A DNA stretch of 64,000 nt from Octopus vulgaris (lineage: Eukaryota): assembly GCA_951406725.2 (NCBI GenBank), contig OX597822.1, positions 102,672,001-102,736,000 of the forward strand, given 5' to 3'. Every line of letters starts with the position of its first letter. Position 1 is the stretch's first letter. The notes beneath the pieces were generated by a model. It did not search any database. It saw only the letters and a list, made by a program, of their open reading frames with translations, and had not been told where the DNA came from. A program made the translations under genes and the position numbers. This document shows positions 37,620 through 49,880 of the stretch, piece by piece.

Positions 37620-37896
37620 TCAATGGAAATTGTAGTTGTGATACCTGTGCCAGTGGCATGTAAAAAGCACCATCCGAACATGGCTGATGCCAGCCTCCCC
37701 TGGCACCTGTGCCAGGTGGCACGTAAAAAGCACCCACTGCACTCATGGAGTGGTTGGCATTAAGAAGGGCATCCAGCTGTAGAAACACTGTCAGATCAGA
37801 CTGGAGCCTTGTGCAGCCTCCTGGCTTTCCAGACCCCGGTCGAACCGTCCAACCCATGCTAGCATGGAAAACGGACGTTAAACGATGATGATGATG
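37620..37896 (+). mobile_element. RTE 3'-end copy
   Basis: Conserved terminal domain and ATG tail. Confidence 0.8.
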
Positions 37897-38669
37897 TGTA
37901 GCTAGAGCAAGGGTCCAATCATGTAGAAAGTGACATGGAGATGAAATGGTATAGCAAATAAAACCACAAAGTTAAAAGACAACCAAGAAGGACTGAAAGA
38001 TAAGAGGCAGCAAAACAATATCAAATAGTTAGAAGAGAAACCAGATGTCAGGTATATATATATCAGGCATGTACCATCAGTAATTACTCAGGGTAGGCAG
38101 TTAGTGACCTTTATGTAGTAAAACACACAAAAAATAAGCGAAACACAGGTGTGCGACTGAGTTGAAGGCAGATTTATTTCTGCCTTTGTAGCACGTAAAG
38201 AAAACGGTGTTGTAGGAGTGAATGCAGCACGTGTGCTACAGCAGTACTATGCATAGCTTTAATCCTGAGATTGAAAAGTAGGGGCAAATTATGCCTAATT
38301 AATCTACAAAACAATAAAATATTTTGCATTTTATGCATAGTAATCAGAGAAACTTTCATAATTTTATTGAATTAGGTCCATATTTTGTCGTCAATGGGAA
38401 ATGTTGCTCTTGATCTATTTTATTCAAGGAAGGCACTGCCTATCTTGCCTACCTAGATGACATGTCCCCGGTATATATATCAAAAGGAGAAATTGAAAGT
38501 AAGAGATTCTTATTTATTCTGCAACATGAGGATCTGTTCCAGATTGCAAAGCAGTGTACCAGAGAGAAATTGGAGAGAACTGTGCCCTTGCCCTTCATTA
38601 TATGTAGAAGAGAGTGAAGGCCTAACCCAAACCAAACTCAGTCAGACTAGCCAATGACATTGATAATAA

Positions 38670-40220
38670 AGTTAAAAGTGCAGCTGAGGACATAAAAACT
38701 GGGCCATTAAGAACAGAACCAAAAATGCTCAAAATATCTGGTGAAGTAGGTCACATACTAGTCACTCACATAGTTAACCAGGTTGTTGCACATAAAAGTA
38801 CTATGCAAAATGACTGGTGTCGCAATATCTTCATTAAGTGCTACAGGAGCAAAGGAGATATTTTAGAATAAAGCAACTCTAGAAGCATCAAACTGATGGC
38901 CAAGGCCAAGAAAATAACTGAAGCAATTATATAGCACAATTGATTAGGAAGAAAATTAGCTTAGAGAAGACACAGTTGAAATTTATGCTCAGAGTACCAC
39001 CAATACTCACTTCCAAGTGAGACAATACAAGACAAGTGCTTAGCTAGGAGTAAGCCACTCTCCCTAGCTTTGACAACCTGGAGAAGGCTTTTTAACAAAA
39101 TTCTACACACTAGTAACCATTAAGAAAATTAGGAATAAATGAATGGCTTGTGAGAACCATGCAGTCCATGTATAGAGCTGCTGCCAGCCAGGTGAGGATT
39201 AACAAGTTCAACAAGAAATTTTATCATGAACGATGGTATGCATTAGGGCGGCGAGCTGGCAGAAACGTTAGCACACTGGGCAAAATGTGTAGTCGTATTT
39301 CGTCTGCCATTACGTTCCGAGTTCAAATTCCGCTGAGGTCGACTTTGCCTTTCATCCTTTCGGGATTGATTAAATAAGTACCAGTTACGCACTGGGGTTG
39401 ATGTAATCGACTTAATCCGTTTGTCTGTCCTTGTTTGCCCCGTGTGTTTAGCCCCTTGTGGGTAGTAAAGAAATAGGTATGCATCAGGGTTCAGTATTGA
39501 GCCTAATTTTCTGTTTATTATAGTTTTCCAGGCCATAATATGCTAGCATGGGTTAAATGTTTTGACAGGATCCACCAGATGGAAGGATCCCATCAAGCAC
39601 CAATGATTCAGTTTTGGCATGGTTTCAGTATGCAGATGACCTAGTTCTTATAGTTCAATCGGTCATACATTTGGAGAAGAAATTACAAAGTTGAAAGCAA
39701 AACTCTGACTAAAGAATTAGTTAGCAAGAAAGAAAACAAAATTCAATTGCCAAAAGAAAAATAATGGCCATTCTCAATGTTCTGAAAAGGAAGAGGTAGG
39801 AATTCCATACAGTGTACATACTGTAAACTATAGTCATAAAGAAGTGGTATAGAATTACAGGCAAACTGATATATAGGAGTAATTAGCAGTATAGGTACAA
39901 GTTCAATAAATTCTAGAAATGCACAGAGGGCTTCCGAGAAATACTGGATGGCTTTTGTTACTGCAGTGAGTAATCACTAATGAGTAGCAGTAGTAGGTGT
40001 TCTGGAAGCAGAGTTTATAAGGTAAGAATGGGTTAGAAAAAAAAGTTCAGAGTTGTAACAACTTCTGCTGGTAACAAAGGGTTTCTCTTTCAGAATAAAA
40101 GGTAATTTCTACAATGCTTGCACAAAGAGCAATGCTGCATGGTAGGGAGAATCTGGAGGATTCATAAAAATTGAAAAGAGAAGGTGAGCATAGTGTTAGA
40201 GAATAAAGAGTACAACTGAG
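38670..40220 (+). mobile_element. Heavily decayed RTE LINE RT region, interrupted by a SINE
   Basis: Remnants such as LEKAF, KLGINEWLVRTMQSMY and VGMHQGSVLSL parallel 26003-26900. Confidence 0.7.
39247..39475 (+). mobile_element. tRNA-derived SINE (GGCGGCGAGCTGGCAGAA head, Meta/Sauria-like central domain)
   Basis: GACTTTGCCTTTCATCCTTTCGGG...AAGTACC core; TSD GGTATGCAT(T/C)AGGG. Confidence 0.8.
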
Positions 40221-40271
40221 TAGAGGGGGAAAATGGATACAAGAGAGAAGATAACACTTGTATTTTTATAT

Positions 40272-40670
40272 GGGTAGACCGATCTTACGTTACAGGGATG
40301 TTTGCAAAAGGGATATGAAGGCCTGCAACATCAATATTAGCGGTTGGGAGGCAGTTGCCGGCAACCGTGGAGAATGGCGACGTACAGTAAAAGAGGGAAT
40401 ACAAAAGAGTGACAGAGAGAGAGAGAGAGAGGAGAAATGGGAAAAAAGGAAGAGACGTAAACAAGAGACTATGGCACTACAACCAGCCAGGAACAGTCTT
40501 CGCTACATTTGCGATACCTGCCAGAGGGAGTGTTTGTCCAGGATAGGACTACACAGCCACAGCAGGAAATGTATCAGGACATGAAATATAAAAGCTGGAC
40601 TAGACTACAAAAAAAAAAAAAAAAACATGCGCAACTCCATTGTCTCCTGAGACAGAAAGGATGCCAATAC
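40272..40670 (+). mobile_element. 3' end of an RTE-BovB-like LINE
   Basis: GRPILRYRDVCKRDMK...CDTCQRECLSRIGLHSHSRKC*; 3' terminus CCATTGTCTCCTGAGACAGAAAGGATGCCAA. Confidence 0.85.
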
Positions 40671-40716
40671 AAAATCCAATATATATAATTAATAATATCA
40701 AAGGGTAATCAGAAAT

Positions 40717-41076
40717 CATCATCATCATCATCATCGTTTAACATCCGCTTTCCATGCTAGCATGGGTTGGACGGTTCAACTGGGGTCTGGCAAGCCCGAA
40801 GGCTACACCAGGCCAGTCAGATCTGGCAGTGTTTCTACAGCTGGATGCCCTTCCTAACGCCAACCACTCCGAGAGTGTAATGGGTAATTTTATGTGCCAC
40901 CGACACAGGTGCCAGACGAGGCTGGCAGACGGCCACGCTCGGATGGTGTTTTTTATGTGCCACCGACACAGGTGCCAGACGAGGCTGGCAGACGGCCACG
41001 CTCGGATGGTGTTTTTTTTATGTGCCACCGACACAGGTGCCAGACGAGGCTGGCGAACGGCTACGATTGGATGGTG
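40717..41076 (-). mobile_element. RTE 3'-end copy with three near-identical internal modules
   Basis: ATGTGCCACCGACACAGGTGCCAGACGAGGCTGGC three times; (CAT)n tail. Confidence 0.8.
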
Positions 41077-41256
41077 TTTGTATTTGAGAATTCCATTACC
41101 AGTGGCCTAGTGTGTAAAAATTTAGTCAATAGACTATATATTTTATTTACTACTGACAAGGAGCTGCGCTTGTGCAGTAGATTTGAAAAATTAGAATGTA
41201 TAAGCACGGGGCGTATACTGGATTGCCTCGTGTATATATATTTAATCTAAGGTGTA

Positions 41257-41328
41257 CCTGCTGAAGAAGACTTCGCCTAGCAAATTATTTTATTTGCTAA
41301 AAAAAAAGTCTGGAATCATTGGTCCAGG
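41257..41328 (+). ncRNA. Degenerate type I hammerhead-like motif in a Penelope-like repeat (about 41095-41475)
   Basis: CCUG-CUGAAGA-A-GACUU..UAGCAAAU/AUUUGCUA..AAGUC-UGGAA-UCAUUGG-UC-CAGG; the GAAA box is mutated. Confidence 0.5.
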
Positions 41329-42629
41329 AGTTAGATGGTAAATGTTTTTATTTTTCATTCCCTTCGAAATTTTATCCCTAAAAGAGGTTTGGAATTTAAC
41401 TGTCCTCTCTAGCGTGCAAGGAATCCTCTGATGGATACCTCTTATGTGTTTAAATGTACACTGTATTTATATGAATGTGTGTGTGTGTGTGTGAGGACAC
41501 CAGTTCTATAAAATATCAATCACTCAAAGTGGATAGAATATATAAAAGCAAGAGGCCAAAGACGATGCTGACAAAATGATGAAAACTGATCTCAAGTAGA
41601 TCAACTTCACAAAAGAGACAACGGAGGAGGGCATCTTGTGCCAAAGTGAAAGCACTGTGCTAGAGAAAACACACTAAACATATGCAAGGATGGAGAACAA
41701 ATGGATGTAACATGATGAGGATGATGGAAATTATGTGTAATATCTTCATTTGGATCTCCCCAGACCATTACGTTTGTATTATGTTTATTATATATCATGC
41801 TTTTCCTCTCTTTCTCATCTATCGCTCACCCAGTGTCCCCTTTCTAACACTATCTCTTTCTTGTGTTAAGAGGACTGGTATAGTATCAGATCCATCCATA
41901 TTCAATGTCCCCATTATTCTATCTTTGTTGCTATTTATGTTTCTCTTTTTTTTCCCCCCATTACGACTTCCCCTATTACTCATTACTCACATCCATCAAT
42001 ATCTACATTCCCACTCTCTTACCATCACCCATCTTTATTACCATCCATCACCCAGTTTCATTTAACTCCCTTCTCCCCAGTGGCTCATTGCTGACATCTA
42101 TCAGCCTCATCCTCTCCCAACCCTCTCACTACCAGTACTTTCACTTCTATCCCTCCATCTTCTTCTTCTCTTTCTCCATCACACTGCCCATGCTGTTTCA
42201 ACTGATCTCCTTACCAACAATGACCATGGTTGTCTATCACTTTCTCCCTACTTTTACTCTCTCCTATATCATGCTCTCACTGTAGCCCTTTTTCATTCAA
42301 TCTCCCTTCTATCTATCATCATCATTTTATGTTCATTTTTTAAGCAGGCATGGGTTAAATGGCTTGACAAGATCCACCAGGTGGAAGGATCCCATCAAGC
42401 ACTAATGATTCAGTTTTGGCATGGTTTCAACAGCAGAATCCTCTTCCAAGCACCAATATCTGCTAGGGACAAAACCATTCACTGGTACTGATCAACAAAC
42501 AAATAGAGCCATCATAGGGTTTTATCAGGAACAACAACTATCTACATAACACTTGTGTGTGTGTGTATAATATCAAAGGGTAATCAGAAATATTTGAAAT
42601 ATTTGAAATAACCCTATGTTGTCTTCCTA

Positions 42630-42968
42630 ATGGAAATTGTAATTAAGATACCCGTGCCGGTGACACGTTAAAAGCACCATCCAAATGTGACAGTTGCCAG
42701 TGCCGCCTCACTGGCGTCTGTGTCGGTGACACATAAAAGCACCAACCGATCGTGGTTGTTTGCCAGCCTCCTCTGGCACCTGTGCCGGTGGCACGTAAAA
42801 AGAACCCACTACACTCACGGAGTGGTTGGCATTAAGAAGGGCATCCAGTTGTAGAAAACACTGCCAGATCAGACTGGAGTCTGGTGCAGCCTCCTGGTTT
42901 CCCAGACCCTGGTCGAACCATCCAACCCATGCTAGCATGGAAAGCGGACGTTAAACGATGATGATGAT
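42630..42968 (+). mobile_element. RTE 3'-end copy
   Basis: Modules, terminal domain and ATG tail. Confidence 0.8.
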
Positions 42969-43299
42969 TACAGTGTACACCCAATATACTATGTAATGTG
43001 GTTGATGACAGGAAGGGTACCCAACTCTAGAAACCATGCCAAAAAAATGGAACATAAAAGCCAAATACAGTCCCCACCCATCTAAGAGGGCAGCAACTTG
43101 AAATAACAACTAACAGTCTGTACATCCTGTCCAACTTAAACCAGCACGGAAAAAGCAGACATAAAAATAATAAAAAATTATTTTATATATAAAATAGTAT
43201 GACACCAGCGATGATAGAGTGTGTGTGTGTATGTGTGTGTGAGTTTATTATGAATTTTTTGTTTCATTAGTCTTTTAGCTGTTGTTTAGCCTAAGATTT

Positions 43300-43597
43300 T
43301 GGGTATATTTTGAAATATATGTTTATTATTCAGCCAGGAAATAGAGCTTAACATCCAATCAATTTTGTTTCTTGTAGGAGTTTTAGCATTTTTAACTACT
43401 GAACTATATGATCATGAGATCTGACCTAGTTACTCAAGTATTGATGCATGGGTATATTTTGAAATATATGTTTATTATTCAGCCAGGAAATAGAGTTTAA
43501 CATCCAATCAATTTTGTTTCTTGTAGGAGTTTTAGCATTTTTAACTACTGAACTATATGATCATGAGATCTGACCTAGTTACTCAAGTATTGATGCA
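43300..43597. repeat. 149-bp tandem duplication
   Basis: 43300-43448 and 43449-43597, one mismatch seen. Confidence 0.9.
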
Positions 43598-43610
43598 ATA
43601 TACTGTATAG

Positions 43611-43826
43611 GGCGGCAAGCTGGCAGAATCTTTAGCACACCGGGCAAAATGCTTAGCTGTATTTCATCTGCCGTTATGTTCAAATTCAACTGAGGTCAAA
43701 TTTGCCATTCATCCTTTTGGGATCAATTAAATAAGTACCAGTTATACACCGGGGTCAATGTAATCAACTTAGTCCCTTTGTCTGTCCTTGTTTGTCTCCT
43801 CTATGTTTAGCCCCCTGTGGGCAATA
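43611..43826 (+). mobile_element. tRNA-derived SINE (GGCGGCGAGCTGG family)
   Basis: Matches 39247-39475. Confidence 0.8.
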
Positions 43827-45864
43827 GTATAGCAGTCTACCTTGCTGTATTGTATATCAGTCTATCTTGCTGACACTAAGTACAGATTCTAGACTAGTCA
43901 ATTACAAATCATGGTTATGTGCATATCGAGATAGTGTTGCAACTGAAATAAAAGGTTTCAACCAAGAAGCATTTATTTTTTGAAAATTAAAACAGAGTGA
44001 ACTAAGTTTTCCCTGTCGTTTTAATATCCACAGTTATATATGTTCATTTACATTCTTGAAAGTTGAAGACATCTCATTTACATTTGGGGGAGTCAACATC
44101 ACTGTCATCATTTACCAACATTTAACGTCTGTCTTCCATAATGGCATGGTTCGACAAGCTCCAACATCTCCGTTGACATGGCCTCTACAGTTGGATGCCC
44201 TTCCTAACAGCAACTACTTTACAGAATGTACTGGGTGCTTTTTCCAGGAAACTAGAACTAATGAAGTTACCAACTAACTAATAAGACAAAGAAAAAACGT
44301 CTCCCTCTCTCAACAGAGTAGGGTTGTCGAAGGCAAGGAAATGCCATTATGTCAGGTGTTGAGAGGCTAAAGAATAACAGGGGGACAGGTACAAGCGCCT
44401 TGCTATAGGAGAAATATGACTACTTCTCATTATATAAGAGTGAGGGGAATAGCTAGAAAGACAGAGTTGGTAGTGACAAGGGGTCAGGGTTTACTCTCAA
44501 GATACAAGAAAATGATTATAAGAAAGCTCAGATCGAGGATCAGGATGGGTGAGTGGATAAGTTCATATGAGCATGAAAAGAGAGTGACAGATGGTTGGAG
44601 ACAGGGGCAAAGGTAAATGTAAAACATGATATACAAGGGTGGAGACGTGGTCAGTGGTAAATATTGGTATGGATGGGAACATAAAAGAAATAGCTCGTGA
44701 ATGATGAGCAGTAAAGGTGTTGATTACATTCTGTTAGAAGTTGGCTAAGTAGTCAATATTGACTCCCTGGGGATTTCAGTGGTTATACAAAGGGGTCAAT
44801 ATCCTGATTATATAAGATGGCTGAAGTTTTGTTGTTTTTTATCAATTTCACTGAATACGTTCATTAAATTTCTTGAAAATATTTCTTTGAAAACAGTAAT
44901 AACACAAAGGAACAGAAGAATTGATTTTAAATCAAGAAACATTTTATGAATTATATTTTTAATTTCATTTTAGAAATTTACATGATGGAGGTTATCAATG
45001 ATAGCACAAAGGGGTCAATGGTATAAAATGTTTACTGGTCCCCTACATTACTTGGAATATATTTGCTAAAATTTCATTATTAAATCTTAAAGTACTTAAT
45101 CTACTCATTTAGATCACAATCATGTTCCAGAGATAAATAATGTACCAAAATTAAATAAATCTAAAATGTACATAAAAAAAAAACATTAAAATATTCATCA
45201 TCATTTAATGTCTCTATGCCAGGTTGGCATGAATTAGATGGTTTGACAGGATCTAACAGGCCCCAAAACTTCATTATGTTCCACTGTCTACTTTGGTATG
45301 ACTTCTATAGCTGGATGCCCTTCTCAAAGCCAACCACTTCACAGCATGTACTAGAAGCTTTTTTCCATGCCACAAGCACCAGTGATGTTACCATGCAGCT
45401 TGTAAGAATATGAACTCTGAGAGAGGCAACTCTACGCTAGGAGATGAGGAGATAAAGTATGAGAGAAGAGGCCAGAACAGTGCTTAATTATTTTCAAGAT
45501 ATATTTCAAGGATTATATTTCTTATAATTAAAAAGCTAGCATGTTTAGAATCAACTAAATCTCAATACATAGTATGATTTTATATGAGTATTTTAACATG
45601 TATCTATGATTCTTACTGAGCAGATTAACTAACTGCTGTATTTTCAGTGATATTAGTAGATATCTAATGAACTAGCTGTATCCATTTATAATGTAGGTTC
45701 AATGTTCTTGTAACATATACATATACACATATAATTAATTACACACTTCACTTATATCTGAGGATAGTTTAATATTTGTCTTTCTATGTGCAAACCAAAA
45801 ACACAATGTAATCACACACACACACACATACAAAGAAATAACAAAAAAAAATAATAACACATAC

Positions 45865-45970
45865 CCGTGGTGTTCTGGCATCGGGTGGTTTAGCAAATAC
45901 AGCTTCTTCTGTTACCTGAGCTCCTGATGGTACTGTTTCTGATGGCCGAGTTCCATTGTATGTGTGGAAC
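45865..45970 (-). CDS. USP9X: USP9X coding exon 4 (KFHTYNGTRPSETVPSGAQVTEEAVFAKPPDARTPR)
   Basis: tttgcag acceptor, CGG|GTATGT donor, 106 nt. Confidence 0.94.
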
Positions 45971-46860
45971 CTGCAAATGAAAGATGCCACAAAGAAAATA
46001 TATAAAATATAGAAACCAGCCAATAACCCAGGTAATCGTCAATTAAAATAAATCAATCATTTGATTTTTCAATTTGTTGGGATAACTTAACCCTTTAGCA
46101 CTTAAACTGGCCATATCCAGCCATATATTCTACCTGCTTTATGTAGAGACAGGCCAGAGCCAGCCTCTCACACCTACCCAACAATGCTAATGGGTTAGGT
46201 GAAGTAACTCAGATTCTAAGAGCATTGGACTCACAAGCATGAGATAGTGAGTTCAATTCAAGCATGAGGTAGTGATATCAATTCCCGGACCGGGCTGTAT
46301 GTTGTGTTCTTGAGCAAGACACTTTATTTCCCATTGCTACAGTTCACTCAGCTGTAGAAATGAGTTGTGATGTCACTGGTGCCAAGCTGCATTGGCTTTT
46401 GCTTTCCCTGCTTTATGTAGAAACAGGCCAGATCCAGCCTCTCACACCTACCCAACAATGCTAATGGGTTAGGTGAAGTAACTCAGATTCTAAGTTCAAA
46501 AGCTATTATTGGAAATCCATTTTAACTACCTAACAATGGATATATTTACAGATATGCATTTCTTCTACTGCTTTACCATAATTTTTTAACAAGAAGCAAT
46601 GAATTCTTTACAAATTATTAAGTTGATACATAGAAGATATTCACTGAAGAAACATGTTCTCTGCATCAATTCATACATGAATAGAGAGGGGAGGCTGGTA
46701 TACATGGGCAACTTCTGGTCTTCCATAAACAACCTTGCCCGGACTTGTGCCTTGGAGGGTAACTTTCTAGATGCAATCCCATTGTCATTCATGAAATATT
46801 CCTTGGTCTTTACCATAACTAACTAACTAACTAACTAACATATATATATATATATATATA

Positions 46861-47163
46861 TATCACCGTGACCGACCAGGCTATCAGATGTTGCTACACA
46901 TCGCTGGTCACAATGCGCTTCACATTGTTTTAGCCTTAAAATGACACCACCCCACTGGCTAAGCGAGCAGGCCAACAGAAGAAAGAGTGAGAGAAAGTTG
47001 CGGCAAAAGAGTACAGCAGGGACCGCCACCACCCACTGCCAGAGCCTCGTGGAGCTTTAGGTATTTTCGCTCAATAAACACTCACAACGCCCTGTCTGGG
47101 AATCGAAACCGCGATCCTACAACCGCGAGTCCGCTGCCCTAACCACTGGGCCATTGCGCCTCC
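46861..47163 (-). mobile_element. tRNA-derived SINE (GGAGGCGCAATGG family)
   Basis: Reverse complement of 17032-17332. Confidence 0.8.
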
Positions 47164-47357
47164 ACACACACACAATATATATATATATATATATATATCC
47201 AGCTGTAAATGGATAACCTTGTATCAGACTGCCATTCTATTCAGCAGCAGCATTGGTCCAGCCTACCTTGTCAGTGGCATGGCATCAGAAGTTACAACAA
47301 TGCAAGGAAGCACATTGTAACCAGCAGTCTAATAGTTTGGTCAATAGTTATACAGTG

Positions 47358-47394
<37 letters not shown>

Positions 47395-47590
47395 TAGTAA
47401 TTACAAGCTCAGTTAATAACATGTTAAATTGATATATTATTACATTTATATATTTGTTTTGCATGATTCTTGATGTGAAATCGTTTGTTGAAACAGATGA
47501 TGTAGTATTTAGGAATGGTCATTTTGCCAGTTTAGTCAATAAGGTCACAGAAGTGTGATGAAAGAACTCTGGCCGAAATAAGATTAAGGT

Positions 47591-47628
<38 letters not shown>

Positions 47629-48244
47629 GGAGAGGCACTGAGCACCTACGCGAACACATACACACACGGTAGTAACTTCCGCATACCGAATTCAATCACA
47701 AAGCTTCAGTCGGCTCGGAGCTATAGCAGAAGACACCTGCCTAAAGTGCCACGCAGTGGGACTGAACCCGAAACCATATAGCTAGGAAGCAAGCTCCCTA
47801 ACCACACAGCCATGCCTGTGGTTAATGTAAAAAAAATAAATAACACTGAAGCAAATTAACACCAAATATATAGTGCATGTGTTTTTATTGGCTAAACTGG
47901 CAAAATGACCATTCCTAAGTACAACAACAATAATATATTATTACAAAGCAGTAAATCCAAGTGGAACAAACTTGCATGTATATACAGAATCAGCTAAAAC
48001 AATTGTTGAGAACAACATCTTTAGGATAAAATGCAAAAAAGCATAAATTTCATGTACAGTTCATAATTTGTGCTCAATGGGTTGAACACCAAATAATGAT
48101 ATTTATATATATGAAATTTACACTTTTCTGCCTTTTATTCTATGTATGTGTGTAATTTCACCTCACTCACAGAAACATTAAATCTAAAAACGTAACACAA
48201 CAGATCAATAATCAATATTACGAATGTACCAAAGATAAACTTAC

Positions 48245-48357
48245 TTGCACTGAGGATTCAGAACCATTGCCAAGAGATCCAACAAAGGAAACCAATCTTG
48301 AGAAAGTTTGCAAACACATAATTCAATCAGTTTTTCTGCATTTTTGAATATGCATCT
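48245..48357 (-). CDS. USP9X: USP9X coding exon 3 ([37 protein letters not shown])
   Basis: ttttcag acceptor, AA|GTAAGT donor, 113 nt. Confidence 0.95.
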
Positions 48358-49661
48358 CTGAAAACAAAGAGAAAAGAAAACATCAAAAAGAAGTCTTTCC
48401 TGAAGAACTAACAATTAAAAATATTATCTTGGATTCTTTCATGATCTTCTTTAAACAGATCCTACTTCAGTTCTTGTTGGGTCTTCGGTCTGTGACAAGC
48501 CTACAGGCTTGTTAGGTTGAAATTTATCCTAGATTCCATGGTATATATAAGAAGCCAAGAGTACAATACTCCCTTCCTCTGGACAAGATGCCAACCTATT
48601 GCAGGTTTAACTCACCAGCTGTTGTTGATGCATATTTTCTGCTTACTTAACTGAAGCAATATAGAATGAAAGGTTTTGCTCAAAAACAGAATAAACTGCC
48701 TTATCTGGAAACTAAAACCATAACCTCACAATTGAGGTGCCAACACTCTAGCCTCTAGGCCACACAGTTTCACAGGTGTTACTGAATTTTGTGGTATAAC
48801 AAGCACCATTTTTATTTAATTAACACCTTGAAAATTATCCTTCATCTTCTATGATGCTTGTTGAGAAGCTGTTTCTGTGATTTTCTTAAAGTTGTTTGAA
48901 ATCAGCTCCTTACAGAGAATGTTATTTCATTATCTTTTATTTTTTAGTGATTTCAGCCAGGGGTTGTGGCCATGCTGAAGCACTACCATAACTTAGCAAA
49001 TTGCAAGTATTTTCTATACTTTAAAACATTTGATCTAACTAATATTGTTGATATAAATATAATTACTTAGTAAATACAAAATGGTTTGTTTTTTTTGTTT
49101 TAAATTCTGCTGTAGCTACACTGGCCTTACTGTTTTGTTTTTTTTTTTGCTATGGTGTGGCAACACCATCTATTGAGAAATTGCAAATGGTTGGCTTCTT
49201 GTCTCAATGAACAGGAATTTTTTGTTTCCAGTTCTTTTACAAATTCTTCACTAAAAATCGACACAAAGCCCAATAAATGATTGGTGTCAGTTAAGGCCGG
49301 TTTACCCAATTAAACAGTGTCCTGCAGTATACTGCTGTACATATGAGGTGGTTGGTGGCAGTTGTAGACATCAGTCGTGGCAGGTTTGGTACAATCACCA
49401 TGGTGTGTTGCATGAATAATCACAGGGCAATTTAAAGTGAAGAGCACAGTGTTTATTATAAAACCCTGACAGAAAAGTGTTTCAAGGATACATTTTTCGC
49501 TAAACAATTGGCATGAACACTCCACTGGTTTGCTCACCATTTTTGCTCTATTATGTGAACAGGGCTTTGGTAAGTATAAGAAATTTTTTCCTAGAATTAT
49601 ATTTCCAAAATCAGGTGCAGTATCTATCATGCCACAAAATAGGTATATTAATGTCAGCCTC

Positions 49662-49880
49662 ATGGCCGTTGCCAGCCTCGCTTGGCACCTGTGCAGGTGG
49701 CACGTAAAAAGCACCCACTACATTCACGGAGTGGTTGGCGTTAGGAAGGGCATCCAGCTGTAGAAACACTGCCAGATCAGACTGGAGCCTGGTGCAGCCT
49801 TCTGGCTTCCCAGACCCCGGTCGAACCGTCCAACCCATGCTAGCATGGAAAACGGACGTTAAATGATGATGAACGATGAC
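49662..49880 (+). mobile_element. RTE 3'-end copy
   Basis: Conserved terminal domain and tail. Confidence 0.8.

Noticed and set aside
49127-49660. Cys/His-containing ORFs suggesting a transposase remnant
   Set aside because: I could not assign a recognisable motif.
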